Shown here: positions 9,009-16,737 of the stretch, piece after piece | Layout: each line of letters opens with the position of its first letter | Numbering within the stretch: the first letter of the stretch is position 1 | Virus record (IMG/VR): IMGVR_UViG_3300025701_000014 | Coordinates: 1 to 55,423 of that record | Direction: 5' to 3' (one strand) | DNA: 55,423 bases | DNA from: a virus | Taxonomy: Duplodnaviria > Caudoviricetes | Program-made: the position numbers and the translations under genes | The notes under the pieces: generated by a model | Database searches by the model: none | What the model saw: only the letters and a program-made list of their open reading frames with translations | What the model was told of the DNA's origin: nothing

Positions 9009-9158
9009 ATGAATAGATATACAGTTTGGGTTGGTGGTGTTGAAGTAAATGAATACTACATCACCAAAGATGAAGCAGAAAAACTGGCCGCTGTTTATAG
9101 GGCTGAAGGGTACGAAGACGTTTACATTGAAAATGTCCTCATTGTAACAACGAGGTAG
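9009..9158 (+). CDS. Small hypothetical protein (49 aa, MNRYTVWVGGVEVNEYY...)
   Basis: Hand translation; fills the intergenic gap. Confidence 0.6.
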   Translation: MNRYTVWVGGVEVNEYYITKDEAEKLAAVYRAEGYEDVYIENVLIVTTR

Positions 9159-9236
9159 ATGGTGATGAGTGATTTACATTTATTATTCGTAACATCAGTA
9201 GCACTTTATATATACCTCGATCTAACCAAGGATTAA
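9159..9236 (+). CDS. Putative small hydrophobic peptide (23-25 aa)
   Basis: GAGGT RBS; LLFVTSVALYIYL hydrophobic core. Confidence 0.4.
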   Translation: MVMSDLHLLFVTSVALYIYLDLTKD

Positions 9237-9238
9237 TC

Positions 9239-9961
9239 ATGAAACTATTAGATAGAAGTGGTGGTAACACTAAACTAAGGAAGACTAATAACAAAGAAAT
9301 GAAGCTACACTTTGCAGGTCTGTCAATGCACCCAGATGATGCTATATGTGCTGGTGCTAAAGCTGCTGGTTGTATGGATGATTGTCTTAAGGAGTCCGGT
9401 CTTGGTGGTGTTTACCCCAGTGTCAACATTGCACGTAGAGCAAAGACAGACTTCTATCTATCAGATCAGGAAGGCTTCCTTAAGCAGTTACGTAGAGAAC
9501 TTACCAACTACGTTAAATGGTGTGCTAAGAAAGGACTGCACGGTGTGGTTCGCTTAAACGTACTGTCAGACATCCCTTGGGAAACCCATAACATCCCACA
9601 GGACTTCCCGGAGCTTAGCTTCTATGACTATACCAAAGTCGCTAAGAGGTTCCACAAGGGTATGCCTAGCAACTACCAGTTGATGTTCAGCTACAGTGGT
9701 AAGCCTACGTACAAGAAGCAGGTGCTTAGCTTCCTTAAGTCTGGTAGTGATTCCTCTGTTGCTGTTGTCTTCAACCGTAGACCATTCCCAGCTACATTCA
9801 TGGGTCGTGATGTTATAGACGGAGATGCAAGTGATTGGGTCAATGTCAACAACAAGGGTGTAGTTGTAGGTCTGACAGCTAAAGGACCAGCTAAGGGTAA
9901 CGATAATGGGTTTGTTGTAGATGTATCATCAATTCCTGTAATAGCTATTGGAGGTATGTAA
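9239..9961 (+). CDS. Gp88-like conserved phage protein (Cys cluster)
   Basis: C-x7-C-x3-C cluster, VRLNVLSDIPWE and FYDYTK motifs recalled from the phage GP88-like family. Confidence 0.6.
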   Translation: MKLLDRSGGNTKLRKTNNKEMKLHFAGLSMHPDDAICAGAKAAGCMDDCLKESGLGGVYPSVNIARRAKTDFYLSDQEGFLKQLRRELTNYVKWCAKKGLHGVVRLNVLSDIPWETHNIPQDFPELSFYDYTKVAKRFHKGMPSNYQLMFSYSGKPTYKKQVLSFLKSGSDSSVAVVFNRRPFPATFMGRDVIDGDASDWVNVNNKGVVVGLTAKGPAKGNDNGFVVDVSSIPVIAIGGM

Positions 9962-10212
9962 TGAACGGTAAGGGTGACAAGGCAAGACCTTTCGCAGTGT
10001 CCCGTGATGAGTACGAGAATAGGTTCGATGCCATATTCAGAAAGAAAGAAGTAGAGACTACTGTAGACAATGATGAAACACTGTACCAAAGTGACCCTCA
10101 TCCTTTCGCAGAGTGGCTTAAGAAGTGCCCTGTAGAGTTCACTGAAGACTACACAGACAATCATGGTACCCGTGCAGGGTACACCTTTTGGCTTAAAAGT
10201 AACACTAATTAA
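9961..10212 (+). CDS. Hypothetical protein
   Basis: GGAGGT RBS, TAATG coupling; GKGDKARP N-terminus. Confidence 0.7.
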   Translation: MNGKGDKARPFAVSRDEYENRFDAIFRKKEVETTVDNDETLYQSDPHPFAEWLKKCPVEFTEDYTDNHGTRAGYTFWLKSNTN

Positions 10213-10215
10213 AAC

Positions 10216-10455
10216 TTGGAGAAGTATATGTTTAAAGCAAAGCGTTTGTTCAAATTCCGTGTATCTAAGAAGTCCAACGGTCGTATCCGATTCACTGCCC
10301 TAGGTTTCTCAGGTTTCATTGCTTTACGTAAAAAGAAGTCTCGTGGCTATGGACTACAACGTCAATCTACATTCACTCAACTACACATTGGACGCACCTC
10401 TATTGCTCTTGAGCACAACCGTCCAGCTAAACAAGTGTGGAATTTTGCCGGTTAA
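10216..10455 (+). CDS. Basic hypothetical protein (start may be ATG 10228)
   Basis: ORF track; GGAG RBS before ATG 10228. Confidence 0.65.
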   Translation: MEKYMFKAKRLFKFRVSKKSNGRIRFTALGFSGFIALRKKKSRGYGLQRQSTFTQLHIGRTSIALEHNRPAKQVWNFAG

Positions 10456-10459
10456 TACT

Positions 10460-10822
10460 ATGAAAGTCTTCGTCTATTATAACTTACGTAAGAAGTGTTT
10501 CAGCGTGAAGGCATTAGAAGGTGCTGACAAAGGGCGTGTGGTCAAACATGCGTCCTCTGTCATCCTCACTAATGTAACCTTCAAGGTATCAGAAGCAGGT
10601 AGACAAAGGGTTCTCAGAGACAAGCAGAAGAATGTACATGCAGGTGCTCAAGGCACATTATGCTCAACTGACATTCCATTCGCTTGGGTAACAGCGAGAC
10701 CTAGATCAGCCACATACAATCCTTATGATAACAAGACTTTCATTGATGTAGAAACTAAACAACCGGTACTGTCATCTGACATGGTTGAGTTGACCAATCG
10801 TAAAGTATTCTATAAGGGCTAA
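10460..10822 (+). CDS. Conserved hypothetical phage protein (MKVFVYYNLRKKCFSV...)
   Basis: FKVSEAGRQRVLRDKQKNVHA and TYNPY motifs recalled from many phages; non-overlapping start at 10460. Confidence 0.7.
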   Translation: MKVFVYYNLRKKCFSVKALEGADKGRVVKHASSVILTNVTFKVSEAGRQRVLRDKQKNVHAGAQGTLCSTDIPFAWVTARPRSATYNPYDNKTFIDVETKQPVLSSDMVELTNRKVFYKG

Positions 10823-10823
10823 C

Positions 10824-10898
10824 ATGCTTGTAATAGCGACCGCAATCTTCATCATAGTATTACACTTAGTAATAATAACATCAATATTAAGAGGCTAA
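10824..10898 (+). CDS. Small single-TM peptide (24 aa)
   Basis: MLVIATAIFIIVLHLVIITSILRG, packed 1 nt from both neighbours. Confidence 0.55.
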   Translation: MLVIATAIFIIVLHLVIITSILRG

Positions 10899-10899
10899 T

Positions 10900-11070
10900 A
10901 TGAGTAAAGACGAATCAATAATCGACATATTGTTAGACAGGGGTATAATCCAAGACTTACGAAACGACATGGAAGACATCAACGATATGTACTTCGCACA
11001 ACTGATTATGGAAGCTGTCCGAGACGCAGAAGAAGCACTCAACTCTTTCAACGGTGATGAAGACTTCTAA
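10900..11070 (+). CDS. Small acidic protein (56 aa)
   Basis: GAGG RBS; 16 Asp/Glu versus 4 Lys/Arg. Confidence 0.7.
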   Translation: MSKDESIIDILLDRGIIQDLRNDMEDINDMYFAQLIMEAVRDAEEALNSFNGDEDF

Positions 11071-11079
11071 GAGGTGTAC

Positions 11080-11226
11080 ATGAAATATGTAAAAAGAGTG
11101 GTGCGATACCTCGTCTTGATACCGCTGGCATTTGGATTAGATCTAGTTTACTCAGTTCTAAAGCAAATAGATGGTGCCATAGAGAAAATATTTGATACCT
11201 TAAATCAGTGGACTACGGAGGACTAA
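11080..11226 (+). CDS. Small hypothetical protein (48 aa)
   Basis: GAGGTG RBS; hand translation MKYVKRVVRYLVLIPLAFGL... Confidence 0.65.
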   Translation: MKYVKRVVRYLVLIPLAFGLDLVYSVLKQIDGAIEKIFDTLNQWTTED

Positions 11227-11228
11227 TC

Positions 11229-11492
11229 ATGAATGACGAATCATTACCTTACGAGTACAAAGAAGAACTCCGGCAGCTATGCACAGATGCCTATCGTGAA
11301 GCAGCAATGATCGCTAAGGATTACACGGAGTCACTGGCAGCCTCCTTGCTTGACTATTATATAAAAGAGTCAGAATCAATAACATCAAAATACGTAGATG
11401 AAATACCCTCAGGAGAGCTAGCGTTAATCCTGAAGACAATACGTGAAGAGTTAAAGAACGATATCGATGAAGGAATCCGTGACAATGTATAG
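11229..11492 (+). CDS. Acidic hypothetical protein (87 aa)
   Basis: GGAGGA RBS before ATG 11229. Confidence 0.7.
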   Translation: MNDESLPYEYKEELRQLCTDAYREAAMIAKDYTESLAASLLDYYIKESESITSKYVDEIPSGELALILKTIREELKNDIDEGIRDNV

Positions 11493-11619
11493 TATCCTAT
11501 TAGGTTTATGCGTGATCTGTGGTGTAACCTTTATCCTCACAGGGTCTAATGCAGCGCTAATGGGTTGGTCTATGACCGGCCTAGCATTGATCTCTGGTTC
11601 AATACTAATCAGTTTGTAG
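11485..11619 (+). CDS. Small two-TM membrane protein (44 aa)
   Basis: MYSILLGLCVICGVTFILTGSNAALMGWSMTGLALISGSILISL has no charged residues. Confidence 0.55.
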   Translation: MYSILLGLCVICGVTFILTGSNAALMGWSMTGLALISGSILISL

Positions 11620-11624
11620 CCCCC

Positions 11625-11665
11625 AAGGGAGTCCCTAGGTTTTTCCTAGTGGCTCCCTTATTTTT
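11625..11665 (+). terminator. Terminator-like hairpin ending the early small-gene block
   Basis: AAGGGAGTC-CCTAGG...CCTAG-TGGCTCCCTT stem followed by ATTTTT. Confidence 0.7.
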
Positions 11666-11715
11666 AGGTAACCGACAAAAAGCATTGCGGCTTTCCCCCG
11701 CAGATCTCCTAAAGA

Positions 11716-11734
11716 TCTCGCTAGTCCCTATAGG
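11716..11734 (+). promoter_or_regulatory. T7-style promoter motif B (TCTCGCTAGTCCCTATAGG)
   Basis: 19 of 19 identical to the reverse complement of 42917-42935. Confidence 0.75.
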
Positions 11735-11750
11735 ACAACATTAGACCTAC

Positions 11751-11766
11751 GCCACGCAAGCGTGTC
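11751..11766 (+). promoter_or_regulatory. Hairpin motif A copy 3
   Basis: Exact 16-mer repeat, directly behind motif B at the head of the replication operon. Confidence 0.7.
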
Positions 11767-11794
11767 GTTATTAAGAGATTACAAAGGAGACTTT

Positions 11795-12193
11795 ATGACA
11801 GCAAGAAAGATACACCCTAATAGTTTACTTAACTTAGCACCTAGATTTAATGAGGAAAGCGCTAAGCAGGCTCAGGCTGCATCTGTAGCAGCCCGTAAGG
11901 TAAACACAGAAGCACGTAAGCGTCTTGCGTTAACAGCCGCAGAACTCAAAATGGACGTGCAAGAACTAATGCAGGCCAACAACCTGACTGCGCTGGATGT
12001 ACTTCGTCTTTCCATGGTTAAGGCTATGGCTAATAACGATATAGACCAAGCTGTTGATATCGCAAAAGCACTAGCAGAGTTTGAGACTCCAAAGCTTGGC
12101 CGTGTAGAACAGACCAACCTAGAACTCTCAACAGAAGATATGTCTGATGAAGAGCTTAACAAAAGACTTCAAGAACTTCTTAAAAAGGACTAA
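11795..12193 (+). CDS. Putative terminase small subunit-like protein
   Basis: AAGGAG RBS; HPNSLLNL N-terminal motif, helical body and MSDEEL C-terminus as seen in many TerS-like proteins; no TerS candidate next to terL. Confidence 0.5.
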   Translation: MTARKIHPNSLLNLAPRFNEESAKQAQAASVAARKVNTEARKRLALTAAELKMDVQELMQANNLTALDVLRLSMVKAMANNDIDQAVDIAKALAEFETPKLGRVEQTNLELSTEDMSDEELNKRLQELLKKD

Positions 12194-12195
12194 TT

Positions 12196-12441
12196 ATGTA
12201 CTACAAGGTTTATGGTAAGAATGGCTGTGAGTACTGCACGTTAGCCGTTGAGTTACTGGAAGTACTACGTAAGGATTACATATACTTGGTGTTAGATGAG
12301 GACTTTCCTCTCTCAGACTTCAAGAGTATCTTCCCAGATGCTACAACAGTGCCTCAGATAATCACAGTTAGCAACACCGAGGTCACCAAGATAGGTGGCT
12401 ATGATCAACTTAGAGAACTACTAGTAGGGCCAACAGCATGA
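12196..12441 (+). CDS. Glutaredoxin
   Basis: CEYC active site, TTVPQI and IGGY motifs. Confidence 0.9.
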   Translation: MYYKVYGKNGCEYCTLAVELLEVLRKDYIYLVLDEDFPLSDFKSIFPDATTVPQIITVSNTEVTKIGGYDQLRELLVGPTA

Positions 12442-12812
12442 GCATAAACGATGCAACACCATCAGATTGGAACAAAGCAGCAGAAGCTGTAAAGTCCCAA
12501 GAGCTTAAAGAAAGAGAACGACTACGTGGTAAGTGGTCACGTTGGTGTGTAACTGAAGAGGAAATAACTGATATGATGCCAGACACACCCATTGTGAAGA
12601 AGGAGGACGTTGTTAACAGCCCGTCACACTACAATACAGGTGGTATCGAGGCAATCCAAGCTATCGAAGCCAGCATGTCTAAGGACGCCTTCCAAGGGTA
12701 CCTCAAGGGCAACTGTATGAAATACCTTTGGCGTATGTCATACAAAGGTAAGGCTAAAGAGGACCTCCTCAAAGCCCAGTGGTACCTCAACAGATTGATT
12801 GAGACAATCTAA
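12438..12812 (+). CDS. DUF3310 / T7 gp1.7-like nucleotide kinase domain protein
   Basis: DVVNSPSHY, GNCMKYLWR and EDLLKAQWYL motifs. Confidence 0.85.
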   Translation: MSINDATPSDWNKAAEAVKSQELKERERLRGKWSRWCVTEEEITDMMPDTPIVKKEDVVNSPSHYNTGGIEAIQAIEASMSKDAFQGYLKGNCMKYLWRMSYKGKAKEDLLKAQWYLNRLIETI

Positions 12813-13126
12813 TGGATAAGTCCAGCCATGAGTACAAGTCTCAGTACGATAGAGCATTCCGGAGGAAAAGATGGAGAATGATCTTTAAGTACTTTGGTGG
12901 TAAGAAATGTCAAGATTGTGGTGTTGAATCCGAGCATCCAATCTATGACCTCCACCATAGAGAGCCCTCGGCTAAAGACTTCTCTATTGGTGCACTAATA
13001 CGTAGAAAGTGGGAAGTATTGGAGCCTGAGATAGCTAAATGTGACCTGTTATGCTCTAATTGTCACAGAATTAGGCATGATATCGAGAGAAAACAACAAC
13101 GAGAGGTATCAAATGGAAGTAATTAA
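12812..13126 (+). CDS. HNH endonuclease
   Basis: CQDC...LHHR...CDLLCSNCHRIRH. Confidence 0.85.
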   Translation: MDKSSHEYKSQYDRAFRRKRWRMIFKYFGGKKCQDCGVESEHPIYDLHHREPSAKDFSIGALIRRKWEVLEPEIAKCDLLCSNCHRIRHDIERKQQREVSNGSN

Positions 13127-13349
13127 GGGTGATTTCGGTAAGACTCCTGAAGCAGAGCCAAAGAAACTGCTTGACTTACTACATGAAGCACTAGCAAGTG
13201 CTGGTATTGATGAAAATACAGTGGGTAAGTTCATACTAATTGCAGAAGTTGAAGGTGATGATGATGATTTCAAGATAATGACTGCTTATGACACCATGGA
13301 AACCAATTACATCATGGATGTAAGCAAATTCTCCTTCTTAGGGTACTAA
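13113..13349 (+). CDS. Hypothetical protein (MEVIKGDFGK...)
   Basis: GAGGT RBS before ATG 13113. Confidence 0.7.
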   Translation: MEVIKGDFGKTPEAEPKKLLDLLHEALASAGIDENTVGKFILIAEVEGDDDDFKIMTAYDTMETNYIMDVSKFSFLGY

Positions 13350-13418
13350 TAGTACCACAACAACCTACAAACTAAGCTAAGCCTAACCCAATAATGGGTG
13401 GCACTCAAAGGAATTTAC

Positions 13419-15251
13419 ATGAAACTTGTATTTGATATAGAAAGTAACGGTTTACTGGAAGAAATCTCTACCATTTGGTGTATCGTATGCCAGAATGTGG
13501 ACACTAAAGAGGTTATTTCCTTCTCAGACCATGATGATTCACTACAAAGTATCCAAGCTGGCCTTGATTATCTTCAGGCAGCTGACATTCTCATCGGTCA
13601 CAACATCATTGGCTACGATATACCTGCAATAAAGATAGTTACAGGGGTTGACTTGCTAGATAAGAAGTGCTACGACACACTGATCATGTCCCAAATGTTA
13701 CGCTATAAGCGTACCCACCGCCATGGTTTGAGAGGCTGGGGTGAAAAACTTGGGGATAACAAGATAGACTACAACGACTGGACAAAGTATACAAAGGAAA
13801 TGCTTGAGTACTGCATTCAAGATGTCAGTTTGAACGTTAAAGTGTACGAGAAACTAGTCGAAGAGTTCCAAGTGTTACACGCACCCTTCCCACTGATAGC
13901 TAAAGGTCTAGAAGTAGAGCATGACGTTGCTAAATTCAACACAATTGTTAGGGAACAAGGTTGGAACTTTGACACTGTCAAGGCTAAGGCCACCTTAAAG
14001 ATGCTCAAGGACAGAGCAAAAGAGATTGAAGACACCATTGAACCCCAGCTTGGGACCCATAAGCAGTACATCGATAAAGAACCGAAGACTGCAAAGTTCA
14101 AGAAGGACGGTACTTTCACTACGGTAACTGTAAGGTTACTGTCAGAATACTTTGGTCGTGAGATATTACCAACTGACACACACGTGATCAACGTAGGTCA
14201 AACCTTCCAACGATCTATTGTAAAACAAACTAAGCTAGGTCAGCTAGATATGGTTAAGGACTGGCTGTTAAGTATTGGTTGGAAACCAGATGATTACACC
14301 CGTAAGAAAACCCCAAATGGTTGGGTTAATGTTGGACCTAAGTTCACAGAAACTTCCCTTAGTAAACTAGGAGAGGTTGGCACCATGCTCGGTGAGTACT
14401 ACACCCTGAGGAACAGAATCAGTGTTATTGAAAGCTGGATCGAGGGCCTTAAGGATGGTCGTATACATGGTAACATGTGGACTATCGGCACCCCCTCCTT
14501 CAGGGCACGCCATGAGGTTATCGTGAACCTCCCCGGGGTCCATGCAACATACGGCAGGGAGCTTCGTGAATTGTTTGCTGCTGATGAGGGTGATCTTATT
14601 GTGGGTGCAGACTCAAGCGGTAACCAGCTTAGGGGCCTGTGTCATTACGTAAACAACAAAGAGTTTACCCAAGAGGTTATTTATGGTGATCAACATCAAC
14701 GTAACGCAGATGCCCTTGGGTGTTCTCGTTCAGTTGCAAAGTCTTTCCTATATGCATACCTCTTTGGTGCCGGTGATGCTAAGCTTGGTCAGGTGCTAAC
14801 AGGTAAGTCGAATGCTAACGTTGGTAAGAAAGCACGGGATGACTTTAGTAGTGCAATCCAAGGGTTGTCTATGATCAAGAACAAAGTGGAGGGTGAGTGG
14901 AATAGGAAGAACGCTACTCAAGGTGCTGGATGGGTACATGGTCTAGATGGTAGACCAGTGTTTATCAACTCAGAACATCAGTGTCTGAACTACTTACTGC
15001 AATCCGCAGAAGGTATCACTTGTAAGGCAGCAGTGTCCTATCAAATGAAAAAGATTAAAGAGGAAGGTCTCCGGGCTAAACCTAGAATCTTCTATCATGA
15101 TGAGACGGCGTGGTCTGTACACCCAGATGATGCTGAAAGGGTTGGTCAGATACTTAAGGATAGCTTTAAAGAAGCACCTAAGTGGTTTGGCATTGAGTGC
15201 ATGGATGGTGGTGATCCAATGATCGGTACAACCTATGCAGACGTACACTAG
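13419..15251 (+). CDS. polA: DNA polymerase family A (T7 gp5-like) with 3'-5' exonuclease
   Basis: FDIES and GHNIIGYD exonuclease motifs; motif A DSSGNQLR, motif B RSVAKSFLYAYLFG, motif C YHDE. Confidence 0.95.
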   Translation: MKLVFDIESNGLLEEISTIWCIVCQNVDTKEVISFSDHDDSLQSIQAGLDYLQAADILIGHNIIGYDIPAIKIVTGVDLLDKKCYDTLIMSQMLRYKRTHRHGLRGWGEKLGDNKIDYNDWTKYTKEMLEYCIQDVSLNVKVYEKLVEEFQVLHAPFPLIAKGLEVEHDVAKFNTIVREQGWNFDTVKAKATLKMLKDRAKEIEDTIEPQLGTHKQYIDKEPKTAKFKKDGTFTTVTVRLLSEYFGREILPTDTHVINVGQTFQRSIVKQTKLGQLDMVKDWLLSIGWKPDDYTRKKTPNGWVNVGPKFTETSLSKLGEVGTMLGEYYTLRNRISVIESWIEGLKDGRIHGNMWTIGTPSFRARHEVIVNLPGVHATYGRELRELFAADEGDLIVGADSSGNQLRGLCHYVNNKEFTQEVIYGDQHQRNADALGCSRSVAKSFLYAYLFGAGDAKLGQVLTGKSNANVGKKARDDFSSAIQGLSMIKNKVEGEWNRKNATQGAGWVHGLDGRPVFINSEHQCLNYLLQSAEGITCKAAVSYQMKKIKEEGLRAKPRIFYHDETAWSVHPDDAERVGQILKDSFKEAPKWFGIECMDGGDPMIGTTYADVH

Positions 15252-15260
15252 GAGAGTGTT

Positions 15261-16190
15261 ATGAATGATAAACCATTACAAATATTAATTGATGCCGACT
15301 CGATATACTTCAGGATAGCCATGGCCACAAAGAAAGAAAAGGACATGCGTGTTAATATCAAGAAATCCCTGATGACTATCGAGAACGAGTGTGCTCTGTT
15401 CGGTGATACCCTGTTACGGATAGCTGTTAAAGGGAAGGGGAACTTCCGACACAACATTGCGGAAAACTATAAGGGTAACCGTAAGCGTGAGTTAGATCCC
15501 TCTGAAAAGAAAGCACTGGCTTACGGGCATAGGCACATGGTAGAGCACCATGGTGCAATTATGGCAGACGACATGGAGGCTGATGATCTAGTCTCTATCT
15601 GGGCGTGGGAGTGTATAGCTAACGGGGATCCATACGTTGTTGTGCACATCGATAAAGATCTTAATATGATTCCCGGACAACACTATAACTTTGTTAAGAA
15701 TGATTATTACTTTGTTTCTTTTGAAGAAGCACACTTGAACTTTATGCTTCAGTGTCTTACAGGAGATGCTATTGACAACATTCCCGGGGTTAAGGGGATT
15801 GGACCTAAGAAGTCCCAAAAGTTACTAGAGAACTGTCCCTTTGATAGACGATGGCAAACTGTAAGAAACAAATGGAAAGATAAGAAACAATTAGAAACAT
15901 CTGCAAGACTTTTGTGGATGGCGACATCCTTTGAGGAAGCCGAGGGTGCCAATGCATCCTTAATGGAGTACATAGGCAACAACTCTGTAGAGTCCTTCTG
16001 GGGTCTCTCTAAGAACAAGGAGGCTAGTGTAGATGAAGAACAAACACATGGTGAAACCCCTGAGTGCGAACAAGATGTTTGCGAAGAAGGGGAAGACGAC
16101 ATTCAAGACAGCGGATTACAAGAGGTATCAGGAGGAGATCCGGGACGATATGATGGGGGTAGTGTGGCCATTCGGAGAGAACCAAGTTGA
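15261..16190 (+). CDS. 5'-3' exonuclease (T7 gp6 / flap nuclease family)
   Basis: LIDADS, YKGNR, EADD, DKDL and GDAIDNIPGVKGIGPK motifs. Confidence 0.92.
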   Translation: MNDKPLQILIDADSIYFRIAMATKKEKDMRVNIKKSLMTIENECALFGDTLLRIAVKGKGNFRHNIAENYKGNRKRELDPSEKKALAYGHRHMVEHHGAIMADDMEADDLVSIWAWECIANGDPYVVVHIDKDLNMIPGQHYNFVKNDYYFVSFEEAHLNFMLQCLTGDAIDNIPGVKGIGPKKSQKLLENCPFDRRWQTVRNKWKDKKQLETSARLLWMATSFEEAEGANASLMEYIGNNSVESFWGLSKNKEASVDEEQTHGETPECEQDVCEEGEDDIQDSGLQEVSGGDPGRYDGGSVAIRREPS

Positions 16191-16389
16191 GTTCACCATC
16201 GAGGGTGGTATGTCTAACAGAGGTGCTGACCTTGACAATATAATCAAACCAATCTTAGATACCTACCAAGGTATCTTTGAGGAGTTCAATGACAACAAAG
16301 TGTACCACATAGAACTCACCAAGAAAATCGTTAAGAAAGGTGAGGAGTATATCAGTGTACATATCAAAGAACTAGAGAGTGTTACATGA
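16033..16389 (+). CDS. RusA-like Holliday junction resolvase
   Basis: PLSANK and ADLDNIIKPILD...NDNKV motifs. Confidence 0.8.
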   Translation: MKNKHMVKPLSANKMFAKKGKTTFKTADYKRYQEEIRDDMMGVVWPFGENQVEFTIEGGMSNRGADLDNIIKPILDTYQGIFEEFNDNKVYHIELTKKIVKKGEEYISVHIKELESVT

Positions 16390-16550
16390 AAAGAATAAAG
16401 CTTAAGGGTGGTGATGAGTATGATGTCCACACTAGTTGGAGGAAACTCATCAGACCATCCAAGGGCATGATCAAACGTGCAAAGAGAACCTATAACAAAC
16501 GGTTCCGCAAGGAATGTAATGATCAAACCATTAAGGGTTTGGAGGAATGA
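16386..16550 (+). CDS. Small basic hypothetical protein (54 aa, MKRIKLKGGDEYD...)
   Basis: ATGA overlaps at both ends; hand translation. Confidence 0.7.
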   Translation: MKRIKLKGGDEYDVHTSWRKLIRPSKGMIKRAKRTYNKRFRKECNDQTIKGLEE

Positions 16551-16735
16551 TCGATATGAGAGTTAAAATGTATAAACTAGTACAAGAGATAGTCGAATCG
16601 GGTATTGAGTCTGGGTACAATCGGGCACATAAGCACACCGACAGCCCTTGTGATGAAACAATTAAACAGTGCATTGAACAATACATAATGAATGGCTTTG
16701 ATGAAGCATTTGAATTTAATAAAGAGGATATATAA
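16547..16735 (+). CDS. Hypothetical protein
   Basis: GGAGG RBS; GYNRAHKHTDSP motif. Confidence 0.7.
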   Translation: MIDMRVKMYKLVQEIVESGIESGYNRAHKHTDSPCDETIKQCIEQYIMNGFDEAFEFNKEDI

Positions 16736-16737
16736 TA

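Noticed and set aside
12812-13126. HNH gene as a mobile intron-encoded homing element
   Set aside because: It is free-standing and translationally coupled to its neighbours, with no split host gene; mobility cannot be shown from this sequence
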